Made by a program: the position numbers and the translations under genes
Assembly (NCBI GenBank): GCA_965224705.1
Contig: OZ245056.1
Span: 2,528,001-2,592,000, forward strand
Length of the DNA: 64,000 nucleotides
Source of the DNA: Spirochaetaceae bacterium
GTDB taxonomy: Bacteria; Spirochaetota; Spirochaetia; DSM-2461
Direction of reading: 5' to 3'
The notes under the pieces: generated by a model
What the model was told of the DNA's origin: nothing
Database searches by the model: none
Seen by the model: the letters and a program-made list of their open reading frames with translations, nothing else
Part shown: positions 1-10,283 of the stretch, one piece after another
Layout of the letters: the number at the start of each line of letters is the position of its first letter
How positions within the stretch are numbered: position 1 is the first letter of the stretch

Positions 1-28
1 TCCCGGTTTGCATATAGACTGACCCAAT

Positions 29-1366
29 ATGCTTGATAAGTTAACAGAGGCTTTTTCAGAAATCTCACGACGTTTCTCCGGTCATCATCGTATCAGTGAG
101 AAGAACATTCGGGATGCTGTAGAAGACATAAAGACAGCACTTCTGGAGGCTGATGTCAATCTGCGGGTCGTCCGTCAACTCGTGAATCGAACGATTGAAG
201 AAGCTCTTGGCGAAACAGTTTTGAAGTCAGTGAATCCAGGTCAGCAGTTTATCAAGATTATTCATGACAAAATCCTGGCTCTGCTTGGTGACGATGCCTC
301 GGAGCTGAAGCTGCGGGGACCTGATACGGTATCTGTTATTCTGATAATGGGACTTCAAGGATCGGGTAAAACAACAACAGCGGCAAAGCTGGCCCATCGA
401 CTCAAAAATGAAGGACGTCGTGTATTGATGGCTGCCGCTGATTTAACACGGCCTGCAGCAGCGGAACAATTAAAAAAACTTGGTCAGCAGATTGATATTG
501 AGGTATACGGGGAGGGCGGATCAAAACCAGAAAAAATCATTAAGAACGCATATAAAAAGGCAAATAAAGAGCAATTTAACGTTCTTATTGTGGATACGGC
601 TGGCCGTATGCAGGTCGATACTGATTTGATGCGGGAGATCAAGCGAGTTCAGAATTCCGTGACCTGTGATGAAGCACTTCTTGTTGCCGATGCTATGACG
701 GGTCAAAACTCGGTTGAGATTGCCGGAAAATTCAGTGAAGAGCTGGATCTGACGGGTGTGATACTGAGCAAGTTTGATTCGGATACACGCGGTGGTGCTG
801 CCCTATCGTTCAAAAAGATTACTGGTAAACCGATCAAGTTCATTGGTGTCGGTGAGAAGATAAAGGATCTGGAAATATTTTATCCTGAGCGAATTGCCTC
901 CCGGATCCTGGGAATGGGAGATGTGGTCTCTCTGGTTGAAAAAGCTCGGGAAACAATAGAAGAAAATGAAGCTGACAAACTTCAGGAAAAAATACTCAAA
1001 TCCAGGTTTACGCTTGAAGACTATCTCGACCAGATCAGCCGAATGCGAAAAATAGGCAGCATGAAAACGATAATGGAAATGATGCCTGGTATGGCCGGTC
1101 AAATTGATGAGTCAAAACTGGATGAGTCTCAGTGGAAGAAAGATGAGGCTATTATCCTGTCGATGACCTTGGCTGAACGCAGGAATCACAATATACTGGG
1201 TCCGCCCAGGCGCAAACGAATAGCCCGGGGAAGTGGTACAAATATCGCGGCTGTGAACAGGTTACTGAAGACTTTTGATAAGTCACGGAGCATGATGAAA
1301 AAAATGGCAAAGAACAAAAAACTACAGAAGCAGTTTCTGGGCGGCATGACTGTCCCGGAGCTATAG
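29..1366 (+). CDS. ffh: Signal recognition particle protein
   Basis: ALLEADV N-domain, GLQGSGKTT, DTAGR, SKFD, RGGAALS, Met-rich M domain with RRKRIARGSG; upstream of rpsP. Confidence 0.98.
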   Translation: MLDKLTEAFSEISRRFSGHHRISEKNIRDAVEDIKTALLEADVNLRVVRQLVNRTIEEALGETVLKSVNPGQQFIKIIHDKILALLGDDASELKLRGPDTVSVILIMGLQGSGKTTTAAKLAHRLKNEGRRVLMAAADLTRPAAAEQLKKLGQQIDIEVYGEGGSKPEKIIKNAYKKANKEQFNVLIVDTAGRMQVDTDLMREIKRVQNSVTCDEALLVADAMTGQNSVEIAGKFSEELDLTGVILSKFDSDTRGGAALSFKKITGKPIKFIGVGEKIKDLEIFYPERIASRILGMGDVVSLVEKARETIEENEADKLQEKILKSRFTLEDYLDQISRMRKIGSMKTIMEMMPGMAGQIDESKLDESQWKKDEAIILSMTLAERRNHNILGPPRRKRIARGSGTNIAAVNRLLKTFDKSRSMMKKMAKNKKLQKQFLGGMTVPEL

Positions 1367-1383
1367 TGTAAGGAGATGAGAAT

Positions 1384-1635
1384 ATGAGTGTCAAAATAAG
1401 ACTTAAAAGGTTCGGTACGAAGAAACGTCCCTATTACCGGGTCGTTGTCATGGATTCCAGGAGGCCGAGAGATGGCCGAACTATAGAAGAAGTTGGTGCC
1501 TACCATCCCATTGAGATGAAAGAAAAACAGTTCTCCATCAAAGAGGATAGGGTAAGGGAATGGCTCATTAAAGGTGCACGGCCGACTCCAACAGTCAAGA
1601 GACTGTTGAACAAAGTCAGTATTACCGTTAAGTAG
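1384..1635 (+). CDS. rpsP: 30S ribosomal protein S16
   Basis: [36 protein letters not shown]. Confidence 0.98.
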   Translation: MSVKIRLKRFGTKKRPYYRVVVMDSRRPRDGRTIEEVGAYHPIEMKEKQFSIKEDRVREWLIKGARPTPTVKRLLNKVSITVK

Positions 1636-1640
1636 GCTTC

Positions 1641-1874
1641 ATGAGTACTGATCTTATTGAATACATCGTTCAGGCTCTGGTCGATAATCCCGATCAAGTG
1701 GAAATAACCAGGATTAATGGGGAAAACTCCTCTATCTGGGAATTGAAGGTCGCAGAAGAAGATATGGGTAAAATTATTGGCAAACATGGACGAATAGCCC
1801 GAGCAATGCGGATTTTGCTCAGTGCTTCAGCAAGGGAATCCAGCAAAAGATTTGCCCTCGAAATTCTTGACTGA
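1641..1874 (+). CDS. khpA: KH-domain RNA-binding protein
   Basis: DMGKIIGKHGRIARAMR KH motif; canonical position between rpsP and rimM. Confidence 0.93.
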   Translation: MSTDLIEYIVQALVDNPDQVEITRINGENSSIWELKVAEEDMGKIIGKHGRIARAMRILLSASARESSKRFALEILD

Positions 1875-2391
1875 GAAACTTTCATCACAGTTTTCCATTG
1901 GCGCAGTAAGAACATCCTTTGGTGTGAAGGGCTGGTTGAAGCTTGTGAGTTTTTCTGGTGAATGGAAGCATTTCAAGGCTCTTTCATCAGTTGTATTGGC
2001 AGATATTCATCGAAATAACCCGAAAAAGTATGATATTGAGGGATTTCGGATTCACCATGGCAGGGGGATAATGAAGCTTTCCAGAGTCGATGATCTTGAG
2101 TCCGCCAGGGCCCTGGCAGGGCAGGTCTTGTTTGTATCCAGGGAATTTGCTGTTCCATTGGAAGCGGATGAATGGTATGTCAGGGATTTAATCGGTCTTT
2201 CTGTCATTGATCATGACTGTAATTACATTGGTGAGATTGTATCCATGATCAAAACATCTGAAGACTTGCTGGTGATCTCCCGAACTGATAAAAGTCAGTT
2301 CATGGTACCGTTTCGAAAGCAGTTCGTAGGAGAGCCGGATTTTGCTTCATGCAGCATTGTTCTAGAGGCAGAATGGCTGGCTGATCTATAG
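1867..2391 (+). CDS. rimM: Ribosome maturation factor RimM
   Basis: FGVKGWLK, EWYVRDLIGLSV, MVPF; likely TTG start at 1867 rather than 1822. Confidence 0.93.
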   Translation: MTEKLSSQFSIGAVRTSFGVKGWLKLVSFSGEWKHFKALSSVVLADIHRNNPKKYDIEGFRIHHGRGIMKLSRVDDLESARALAGQVLFVSREFAVPLEADEWYVRDLIGLSVIDHDCNYIGEIVSMIKTSEDLLVISRTDKSQFMVPFRKQFVGEPDFASCSIVLEAEWLADL

Positions 2392-3095
2392 TGAAATTCA
2401 CACTCCTGAGCCTGTTTCCGCAGATATTCGAGGTTTTTTTTAACGAGTCCATTATGGCCAGAGCCGTTGAGCGGAATCTTGTTAAATTTGAACTTGTCAA
2501 TATACGTGATTATGCTTATGATAAGCACCGTGTCTGCGACGATTACCCTTATGGGGGTGGGGCAGGGATGGTATTGAAACCTGAGCCGCTGTCACGAGCT
2601 CTTGATAAAGTTGGGGCCAGGGACAAATTGGTTGTGTATCCTACACCATCGGGAAAACCCTTTAAGCAGGAAGTCGCTGACTGGCTGGCAAATGAAGAAG
2701 AATTGGTCATTATTTGTGGGCGATATGAAGGAATAGATCAACGGATTATTGATCTATATGTGGATGAAGAAATTTCCATCGGTGATTATGTCATTTCATC
2801 TGGAGAGATCGCATCATTAGTAATTGTTGATGCTGTGTATCGATTACTTGACGGTGTTATCAGACAGGAATCATTGGAAGAGGAGAGCTTTGCGCAACAG
2901 CTCCTGGAGTATCCGCACTACACAAGACCGGAGGTTTTCAAGGGATTAAGGGTGCCGGAAATTTTACGAAGCGGTCATCATGCAGAGATCAATTCATGGA
3001 GACAAAAAAAAAGGTTTGAAAAAACCCTGAGTAATCGACCCGACCTTCTTGAAAAAAAAGGTTTGGAAAAAGGAAAAGAAAATGGATCTTGTTAA
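2391..3095 (+). CDS. trmD: tRNA (guanine37-N1)-methyltransferase
   Basis: [40 protein letters not shown]. Confidence 0.98.
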   Translation: MKFTLLSLFPQIFEVFFNESIMARAVERNLVKFELVNIRDYAYDKHRVCDDYPYGGGAGMVLKPEPLSRALDKVGARDKLVVYPTPSGKPFKQEVADWLANEEELVIICGRYEGIDQRIIDLYVDEEISIGDYVISSGEIASLVIVDAVYRLLDGVIRQESLEEESFAQQLLEYPHYTRPEVFKGLRVPEILRSGHHAEINSWRQKKRFEKTLSNRPDLLEKKGLEKGKENGSC

Positions 3096-3462
3096 ATATG
3101 TAGAGGCAGAACAAATCAAGGATGGTGCCGAGAACTTTGGAATTGGTGATACTATCAGAGTTCATTATCGTATAGTCGAGGGTAATAATGAGCGGATACA
3201 GGTGTATGAAGGTCTGGTGATAGCCCTCAATAATTCTGGAATCAGTCGTACAGTCACTGTTCGCAAGATTTCCTATGGTGTTGGTGTTGAAAGAATATTT
3301 CCGGTTAATTCTCCCCGTGTTGAACGCTTTGAAGTTGTTCGTTCTGGTCGGGTTCGCCGCTCAAAACTGTACTATTTACGGAACCGTATCGGTAAAAAGG
3401 CGATTAAGGTTCGGGAATTGATAGTCAGTAAAAGAAAAAAAACAGCCGATCATTCGAGTTAG
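3082..3462 (+). CDS. rplS: 50S ribosomal protein L19
   Basis: [45 protein letters not shown] at 3082. Confidence 0.98.
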   Translation: MDLVKYVEAEQIKDGAENFGIGDTIRVHYRIVEGNNERIQVYEGLVIALNNSGISRTVTVRKISYGVGVERIFPVNSPRVERFEVVRSGRVRRSKLYYLRNRIGKKAIKVRELIVSKRKKTADHSS

Positions 3463-3463
3463 G

Positions 3464-3811
3464 GTGAAGCCGTATCGGAAAGGTATAGAAGGAGAAAACA
3501 AAGTTGCCTGCTATTTTGAGGAATGCGGGTATGAAATTTTGGAAAGACGATTCAGATCCAGGCTGGGAGAGGTCGATATTATAGCAAGGCAGAGAGATGT
3601 AATTGTTTTCATTGAGGTTAAAACCTGGGATGTTCTGGGCATGGAGAGTCTGGAGCATTCGGTAGATTCACGGAAACGTGACAAAATCAAGGAAGCAGCA
3701 TCAATTTACCTGTATCATCATCCAGAATTCAGCGATTGTCGTATCCGCTTCGATTTGGTTTTTCTGTCAAGGAAGATGGAAATTCTGAATCATTGGGATT
3801 ATGCGTTTTAG
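3464..3811 (+). CDS. YraN/UPF0102 family PD-(D/E)XK nuclease-like protein
   Basis: GIEGE, GEVDIIAR, VFIEVKT, RFDLV. Confidence 0.92.
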   Translation: MKPYRKGIEGENKVACYFEECGYEILERRFRSRLGEVDIIARQRDVIVFIEVKTWDVLGMESLEHSVDSRKRDKIKEAASIYLYHHPEFSDCRIRFDLVFLSRKMEILNHWDYAF

Positions 3812-3826
3812 GGAGAAGGAGCTCCA

Positions 3827-3988
3827 ATGGTACGCATCGCTAAACAAACAGACCCAGCAAAACTGGCGGAGCTGAAGGTACGAATCAATGACCAGAGGTA
3901 TCTGCAGATAGCGATTGAGAGGATAGCGAAGAGCTTGACTGATGAAATCGTCAATCGTACTGGGGAGACAAATGAGTACAAGATCTAA
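3827..3988 (+). CDS. Small 53-aa protein, FlgM C-terminal-like (below ORF-track cutoff)
   Basis: SD AAGGAG upstream of ATG; MVRIAKQTDPAKLAELKVRINDQRYLQIAIERIAKSLTDEIVNRTGETNEYKI; fills the gap and overlaps the next start. Confidence 0.75.
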   Translation: MVRIAKQTDPAKLAELKVRINDQRYLQIAIERIAKSLTDEIVNRTGETNEYKI

Positions 3989-4349
3989 GCAAAACGGCAG
4001 GCGTGGTCGTCGACGGAATCGCCCGCCTCGATTAGATTCGCCGCGACCCCTTGACTATGAAATGGTTCCCTGTGGGATTTGCAGAGAACCAGTCAAGGAT
4101 ATTTATTCTGCATTGTCCCATCCTGAGGATGGGATTGCAGTTCATTTCGATTGTGCGCTGAAGGATGCGGAAAAGAAACTCAAACCTGAAAATGATGAGA
4201 AAATCATCTACCATGGTAATGGTTGTTTCGCTGTGATCGCAGCCTATCCCAGCAATCGGAATAAGCTGAAAATCCTCCGGAGAATAGATTGGGAGAAATT
4301 GGATGAATCTCCCGACTGGAGGAAGAAACTTCAAACAGATATACTTTGA
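3972..4349 (+). CDS. Hypothetical protein with Arg-rich N-terminus and CxxC...HxxC putative zinc site
   Basis: GGAG before ATG 3972; CGIC and HFDC. Confidence 0.8.
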   Translation: MSTRSKQNGRRGRRRNRPPRLDSPRPLDYEMVPCGICREPVKDIYSALSHPEDGIAVHFDCALKDAEKKLKPENDEKIIYHGNGCFAVIAAYPSNRNKLKILRRIDWEKLDESPDWRKKLQTDIL

Positions 4350-5048
4350 TCAGTAGAGTTCTTTTAATTCTCGGAGAAGCTTCATTGCTTTCTCCTGTAT
4401 GGATGTGATATACCCATTTCTTGCGTCAGTGAGTTTTGCCACCTCAGCAATAATGGAAGGGTTGTTAATAACCCCCTCTCTCTCCACAATGTTTCTAACA
4501 GATTCAAGGTAATTGAATGCGAAATTGTTATCTTTCTCTATCGCAGTTTGACGGAAGATTGATTCAACGAAAATACGGTCACGATAGGTTGTATCGGCCA
4601 GTTGAATGGTGGATAAGGCTAAAATCGCCTCACTCATTACCATGGGTTCTGGATCGGTCAGTAAAACAAGACTGAGTTGATCTGCAGCTTCTTCCGTGTT
4701 CATTCTCCCAAGCAATCGGGTGGCTTCGCTTCTGATTTCAGGAAAATCATTGATAATAAATCCATCCTCCCGGAGTATATTCGTAACGCCTTCGCTGGAC
4801 AAATCACTCAATATAGACAGCAACTCTGGATTTCCCTGTGCTGTATTATCGGAAATCATCTCTTCAATGTCTCTCAGGGCTATCATTTTCAGCTCTCTGT
4901 CATTGGATGCTGCTTCTGCTCTGAGAATCTGTGTTTTTATTGTACTTTGAAGATAGAGTTCTTCAATCGTTTGCTCTGATTCCTGTGCAAAAACAACGGC
5001 TGCAAGTGATAAAGCAGTAATCATCAGTAAAAGACTTCGTTTATTCAT
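4350..5048 (-). CDS. Exported HEAT-repeat protein
   Basis: AGGAG SD before ATG 5048; signal peptide ending VFA-Q; HEAT-like IRSEATRLLG and DPEPMVMSEAILAL. Confidence 0.85.
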   Translation of the reverse strand: MNKRSLLLMITALSLAAVVFAQESEQTIEELYLQSTIKTQILRAEAASNDRELKMIALRDIEEMISDNTAQGNPELLSILSDLSSEGVTNILREDGFIINDFPEIRSEATRLLGRMNTEEAADQLSLVLLTDPEPMVMSEAILALSTIQLADTTYRDRIFVESIFRQTAIEKDNNFAFNYLESVRNIVEREGVINNPSIIAEVAKLTDARNGYITSIQEKAMKLLRELKELY

Positions 5049-5118
5049 TATAAAACTCCTAATGGAACTGGAGACTGAATCAGTGTCAGAATAATTCCGT
5101 CTCTCATTGTATCCTGAA

Positions 5119-5664
5119 CTACCATACCGAAATTTTCCACATACCATCAATCTTCTCCAGTTCATATAGTTTTGCCCGTTTCCCATCAAAAGAAGAATAA
5201 GCAACAATCTTATTCTCACTGACGAAAACAATTTCTTTCAGTACAGCCTGGCTCCGGCTTGGTACTACAACAACTTTGAAGTAATCTTCCAAAGAAGTCA
5301 ATACAATGTTGTTTTCCAGCAGCTGTGGGTACTGATTGTACTCGTTGAGAGTTTCATCAGAGCTGTATTTTTCTGAATATGCCTGGGAAATAAAGGTCTT
5401 CCAGCGATTAAACTGTCCCCGGGCAATAACGGAATTCAGTTTTGCTATCAGTTCTTCTATTTCTTCAAATGCCTGTTCATACATGGATTGAGTTACTTCA
5501 AATTCCTGATCCTCAGATTCTGTATCATCGGGAGTTTCATGGATTTCTTCAATCACTTTTTCAGGGGGAGGCTCCTCAACAGTTTCTATATGTGGGGGCT
5601 GGGGCTCTGTCACACAGGCTAAAATGAATATCGATACGGATGAAATCAGCAGTACTTCTTTCAT
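5119..5664 (-). CDS. Putative lipoprotein
   Basis: MKEVLLISSVSIFILA-C lipobox-like signal; acidic Pro-rich linker. Confidence 0.8.
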   Translation of the reverse strand: MKEVLLISSVSIFILACVTEPQPPHIETVEEPPPEKVIEEIHETPDDTESEDQEFEVTQSMYEQAFEEIEELIAKLNSVIARGQFNRWKTFISQAYSEKYSSDETLNEYNQYPQLLENNIVLTSLEDYFKVVVVPSRSQAVLKEIVFVSENKIVAYSSFDGKRAKLYELEKIDGMWKISVW

Positions 5665-5671
5665 TTTATAA

Positions 5672-5700
5672 ATCGTAGTATATTCTAGGAATTGTGTCAA
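5672..5700 (-). promoter_or_regulatory. Sigma70-type promoter, probably leaderless
   Basis: TTGACA-17 bp-TACGAT, 7 nt before ATG 5664. Confidence 0.65.
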
Positions 5701-5741
5701 TATCCAGAATATTTCTAATTCTGTGGAACGCTGTATAATGG

Positions 5742-6242
5742 GTGGTTATTGTGGTTAAAGCTGTTTACCCCGGTACTTTTGATCCTCCTACTCTGGGCCA
5801 TATTAATATAGTTTCCCGCGGTGCCCGGATTTTCGATTCTCTACACATTGTTGTTGCTGTTAATAATGAAAAATCTCCATTGCTGAACCTGGAAATGCGG
5901 CGGGATCTCATTGCCGATCAAGTTTCCAGGCTGGGACTGGCAGCCGTCGAGGTGGGCATCTGGGATGGACTGATCGTTGACTACTGCCGTAAGATTGGAG
6001 CCGATATTCTGCTTCGTGGTATTAGAACAGGTGCCGATTTAAACTATGAGTCTGAAATGGCCATGCTGAATAGGCATCTTGAATCACGCATTGAAACAGT
6101 ATTTCTTCCGGCAGAACCAGAATTCATTTTTCTTCAGTCGAAAACTATCAGGGATTTGTTTTTGCTTGGGGGAGATATCAGCGGGATGGTTCCCGTTGAG
6201 GTTCATGCTGCCCTGGCAGAGAGAACTATCAGCAATAAATGA
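5742..6242 (+). CDS. coaD: Phosphopantetheine adenylyltransferase
   Basis: YPGTFDPPTLGH, LRGIR, YESEMAMLNR, ETVFL. Confidence 0.95.
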   Translation: MVIVVKAVYPGTFDPPTLGHINIVSRGARIFDSLHIVVAVNNEKSPLLNLEMRRDLIADQVSRLGLAAVEVGIWDGLIVDYCRKIGADILLRGIRTGADLNYESEMAMLNRHLESRIETVFLPAEPEFIFLQSKTIRDLFLLGGDISGMVPVEVHAALAERTISNK

Positions 6243-6263
6243 TTCATCCAGGCGGTATTCTGG

Positions 6264-6424
6264 GAGTCTGTCGGACTTACGCCTCACGGCTCGATTTTTG
6301 CCCTTTTTACCTGCTGCTGTGTTGCCAAAATACTCACGTAGCCCAGCTACGCTCCGTTTTTGTCGCCTTGCATCAGGAAAAAATCATCAAAAATCGCCTC
6401 GAAGTCTTAAAGTCCGACAGACTC
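6264..6424 (+). mobile_element. Palindromic MITE family 1, copy 1 (161 bp)
   Basis: TIR GAGTCTGTCGGACTT / AAGTCCGACAGACTC, flanked by CTGG/CTGG duplication. Confidence 0.9.
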
Positions 6425-6479
6425 CTGGGGAAGGGGTTCCCGGAAAACAGGCATGATGGAATCCGGTTTGAAACTCTTT

Positions 6480-6598
6480 CAGAGTGTCAGCAAGCTTGTT
6501 AAATTCTCTCTGTTTCTAGCAATTGCAGGGTTCTAAGTCATCAAAACAGCCGTATTGAAGAAATATTTTTCTGATTCAACAAGCTTGCTGACACTTCG
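6480..6598. mobile_element. MITE family 2, copy A (IS256-like ends)
   Basis: Perfect 18-bp IR AGTGTCAGCAAGCTTGTT (6483-6500 / 6578-6595); 9-bp flanking direct repeat AAACTCTTT/AAATTCTTT. Confidence 0.75.
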
Positions 6599-6746
6599 AA
6601 ATTCTTTCATTGATACAGGCGGAAAAAACAGAACTGTGGCTGACAGCCCATGTTTCCGGCCTCGCACAATTCTCCAGCAGTCTCTTTTATCTTTACCAAT
6701 GACAGGCTTTTTCTCAGCAGACACCTTGAATTGATCGATAAAAAAA

Positions 6747-8411
6747 ATGATACAACGCATTGATAGAGTGAGATGGGAGGTCTCAGTGTCATATCGACTG
6801 AAGATTCTAGTGCTGACATTGGTATTTATCTCAAAATCCACAGCTGTCACGGCTTTCAGTCATACTGTGGCATCCAACGAAACCCTCTATAGTCTGTCCA
6901 AAAAATACAGGGTATCTATTGAATTCATCCGCCGGGTGAATAACCTGACAGATGATCTGATCTACCATGGAGATGAACTTGAGATACCTGTGGATGGAAC
7001 CAGTGAAATAATTGTTCAACCCGGGGACAGTTTATCCGGTTTGTCATATCTTTTCGATATTTCCGAACGAAGTATCATGGAGGCCAACAATCTTTCGTCA
7101 GAAAGTATTCAAATCGGGCAGGTACTCAAAATCCCCCCCCCAGTTCCCGAGGGATTCCATAGAGTACTTCGCGGTGAAACCATTCTGGGGATTGCATCAC
7201 GTCATGGGCTCTCCGCAGCTCAGCTCAGAGCGTATAACAATATTCAGGACGATGTTATCTATCCAGATCAATTGATTGTAACTCAGCCTCCTCATCCGGA
7301 AGGGATTCGAGTTGTCAAAGGACAGTCCCTGTGGGAGATTGCCCAGACTTATGGTGTAAGCATGGACGATCTGAGGCAGTGGAACAGCATCGGCGAGAAG
7401 CAGATTATTCATCCAGGAGAGATTCTGGTGCTGTATCCCCATATCACCAATCCTGCATCAATCATTGAGCCCCCGGGTGAACAGAAGTCAGTGGCTCTTG
7501 CTTCTGTTCAGTCTCCTGTCTCCAGGGTCATGGATCTACCCCGGGAGGGAGAGTATTTTTACTCAAAACCACTGAAAGATACTCAGCCAAGTGTTACTTA
7601 TTGGGAGGGACCCACAGCTTCGGCTAAAACTGACTATCAGAGGGCTCGGAAAATCCTTGAAGCATTCAAAATGGAAGTTGAACAATTGCCTGTTTTAAGC
7701 AGACAACTGGATGGCTGGCATCTGGTTCTGGATCCTGGACATGGGGGGCTGGATCCAGGAAGCATAGTATCGGCTGTGGACGGTAACGGAAACTCAATTG
7801 TTATTACCGAAGATGAATATGTCTATGATATTTCGCTCAGGGCATATCAGGATCTTGTTCGTCATGGTGCATCGGTGGATTTGACAATTATTGCGCCAGA
7901 TCATCATATTCGCAACAATGAGAATGCCAGAAAGAGCTTCGTAAACCGTAAAAGTGAAGTATATCACAGTAAAGACCACAATGAGACACAGGGCTGGCGT
8001 CCGGTGGGGAACATTGCCGGACTTGACCTTCGGAAGACCATTGCTTCCAGATCCATCATGTCTGTTCCTCAATCTCGACGGTCCCGAGGGACACTGTTTG
8101 TAAGCATACATGCCGATAATTCTGCGAATTTCCCCGAAGGTACAGCAGTTCTTTATGATGGTGAAAACAAAGAGGAGTTGGCTCGTTCGAAAGTTTTTGC
8201 CGCTGTTATGGCCAGGAACATGGGAATTGGCTCCTTTATTCATCAGCAGAATCTAAGGGTACTGAAGGGAAATCCTGCTGATGCGGCGATATTGGTAGAG
8301 GTGCGCAATGTGCATTACACAGGTGATGCATGGGCCCTCCGCAGTACAGAACTTCGTGATCAGGATGCAAAGATGCTGGTAGAGGGAATACTTGACTGGG
8401 CCAGACAGTAG
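6747..8411 (+). CDS. Multi-LysM N-acetylmuramoyl-L-alanine amidase (Amidase_3)
   Basis: Four LysM repeats; LDPGHGG, FVSIHAD, LVE zinc-amidase motifs; start uncertain. Confidence 0.9.
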   Translation: MIQRIDRVRWEVSVSYRLKILVLTLVFISKSTAVTAFSHTVASNETLYSLSKKYRVSIEFIRRVNNLTDDLIYHGDELEIPVDGTSEIIVQPGDSLSGLSYLFDISERSIMEANNLSSESIQIGQVLKIPPPVPEGFHRVLRGETILGIASRHGLSAAQLRAYNNIQDDVIYPDQLIVTQPPHPEGIRVVKGQSLWEIAQTYGVSMDDLRQWNSIGEKQIIHPGEILVLYPHITNPASIIEPPGEQKSVALASVQSPVSRVMDLPREGEYFYSKPLKDTQPSVTYWEGPTASAKTDYQRARKILEAFKMEVEQLPVLSRQLDGWHLVLDPGHGGLDPGSIVSAVDGNGNSIVITEDEYVYDISLRAYQDLVRHGASVDLTIIAPDHHIRNNENARKSFVNRKSEVYHSKDHNETQGWRPVGNIAGLDLRKTIASRSIMSVPQSRRSRGTLFVSIHADNSANFPEGTAVLYDGENKEELARSKVFAAVMARNMGIGSFIHQQNLRVLKGNPADAAILVEVRNVHYTGDAWALRSTELRDQDAKMLVEGILDWARQ

Positions 8412-8443
8412 ACTGTTGTCCATAGCTTGAGGAATAATGTCAT

Positions 8444-9550
8444 ATGAGCCCGGATAATAAACGACGATTACACACTCCCCAGGGAGCAGAGGCTGTGTAC
8501 CTTGAAGAGGCCTGCCGTCACCGGAAGCTGCTGCGCATGACGGAAGACCACTTCACATCCTGGGGATACCAGCCGGCATTGACTCCTGTGTTTGATTACT
8601 ATGAAACCTACCGGCCTCTTCTGGATCATGCACAGCTGGAGCGGATTTATCGTTTCCCGGACAGGGATGGAGAATTGCTGATGCTCCGATCAGATGTTAC
8701 TCTTTTTCTGGCAAAACAGATGGGACTTGTTTTGAGGAATGATGAGAGTCCTGTACGAGTGTACTATGCGGACAGCATCCTGCGGCATCAATCGGAAGAG
8801 GATATTTCCAGCGATGAGTTTTTTCAGGTGGGAGGAGAATTGATTGGACTGTCCGGTTGTGATGGAGATCTGGAAGTATTGATGCTTCTGCATGATTTAC
8901 TAACAGAGCTCCAGCTTCCGAAATGGAGGATGCATATCGGTTCACGGCAATTGACTGACCGGGTACTGGGTCGGCAGGGAGATGCTGGCGAAGCGGGAAG
9001 ATTCATGGAAACCCGTGATAAGGCCGCCCTTATCAAACTGTTTGCCCGATCAGGATTATCCGCCCCTGAATCCCGGGCTGAACTATTATTCTTTCTTGGA
9101 ACCCCGGATGAGTTTGCCGACTCCTGGAAAAAACTGACTTCCCAATGCGGTGATTCATCGGATAACGGGATAGCTGAAGCAGCCGAAGAATTGGTCTCCC
9201 TGGCGGCTGAATTGACTCAGATCGTGTCTCAGGATTCTATTCGAATTGATTTATCGGAGCATGGAGATCAACCCTACTATACAGGATTCACAGTGAAAGC
9301 CTATGTTGAAGGAGTTTCAACAGCGGTAGCTGCCGGCGGACGATATGACGATCTGTCAGGATTTTTTGGAACCAGACTGCCCGCGGCAGGTTTCAGTTTG
9401 TTAACACGCAAAATTGAACCGCTGAGTATCTATGCCTCCGCAATTTCCGAAGATTTAAAAGCATCAAAGGCACAGGGCGTTGACTTCATCCAGCGCTACA
9501 GAGATGCTGAAAATCGAAGAAAAAACGGAGAAAAAGTCACCCTATCATGA
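8444..9550 (+). CDS. hisZ: ATP phosphoribosyltransferase regulatory subunit
   Basis: LRSDVT, EFFQVGGELIG, YYTG, GGRYDDL, AAGFS; precedes short hisG. Confidence 0.92.
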   Translation: MSPDNKRRLHTPQGAEAVYLEEACRHRKLLRMTEDHFTSWGYQPALTPVFDYYETYRPLLDHAQLERIYRFPDRDGELLMLRSDVTLFLAKQMGLVLRNDESPVRVYYADSILRHQSEEDISSDEFFQVGGELIGLSGCDGDLEVLMLLHDLLTELQLPKWRMHIGSRQLTDRVLGRQGDAGEAGRFMETRDKAALIKLFARSGLSAPESRAELLFFLGTPDEFADSWKKLTSQCGDSSDNGIAEAAEELVSLAAELTQIVSQDSIRIDLSEHGDQPYYTGFTVKAYVEGVSTAVAAGGRYDDLSGFFGTRLPAAGFSLLTRKIEPLSIYASAISEDLKASKAQGVDFIQRYRDAENRRKNGEKVTLS

Positions 9551-9665
9551 GAAAAATCTTGAGTGTCCTTCAAGACAGGATCCATTTCGGTTCAGGCCAG
9601 ATCTTCTCCCTCATTGCGGCATTGATGGATTACTCCAGAAAATTTAAAAAACGAGTTTTCTCAAC

Positions 9666-10283
9666 GTGCCCTTAACACTTGCCATTCCCAAAGGCCGATT
9701 GATGCATTCAGTTGAGGAGTATTTATCGGAGAGGGGTATCACAGTCATTTTTGAACCTCGTCAGCTCTCCGGAACGGACAGCAGCGGTTTACTTGAAGTC
9801 TATAAGGTAAAAAACCACGATCTGCCCACCTATGTTCGCCATGGCATTACTGGTTTGGGAATTGCGGGAGATGATACTGTGGCGGAATCAGGTTTATCAT
9901 TCCCCCGGATGTTTACTTTTCCATTCGGCGGTACCAGACTTTGCCTCTCCGCTCCTGTTGGTTCAAAACCTCCGGAACGAATCGGGGGAACTGTCAGTGT
10001 AGCAACCAGCTATGTCCGCATGACAAGGGAATGGTTCCATCAGCATGGGATACCTGTGAAAATCATCCGTCTTGGCGGCAGTGTGGAGCTGGCACCTGCC
10101 CTTGGCCTGACCGATTACATAGTTGATCTTGTGGAATCGGGTCATACACTGGCGGCTAACGGGCTGGAAGTTGTTTCTCAGATGGCTGAAATCTCTGTCC
10201 GGCTGATTGCAAATCCGGCCTATTTCAAACTTTGCTATGATGAGATTCAGAAACTGACCGATATTCTGAGTATGGAGAAATAA
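9666..10283 (+). CDS. hisG: ATP phosphoribosyltransferase, short form
   Basis: LAIPKGRL, DLPTYV, GSVELAPALGL, IVDLVESGHTL. Confidence 0.95.
   Translation: MPLTLAIPKGRLMHSVEEYLSERGITVIFEPRQLSGTDSSGLLEVYKVKNHDLPTYVRHGITGLGIAGDDTVAESGLSFPRMFTFPFGGTRLCLSAPVGSKPPERIGGTVSVATSYVRMTREWFHQHGIPVKIIRLGGSVELAPALGLTDYIVDLVESGHTLAANGLEVVSQMAEISVRLIANPAYFKLCYDEIQKLTDILSMEK

Noticed and set aside
6079..6502. ORFs 6079-6456, 6239-6502 and 43462-43662 as genes
   Set aside because: Derived from the MITE sequence
9547..9675. 42-aa ORF between hisZ and hisG
   Set aside because: No recognisable features; cannot be distinguished from chance
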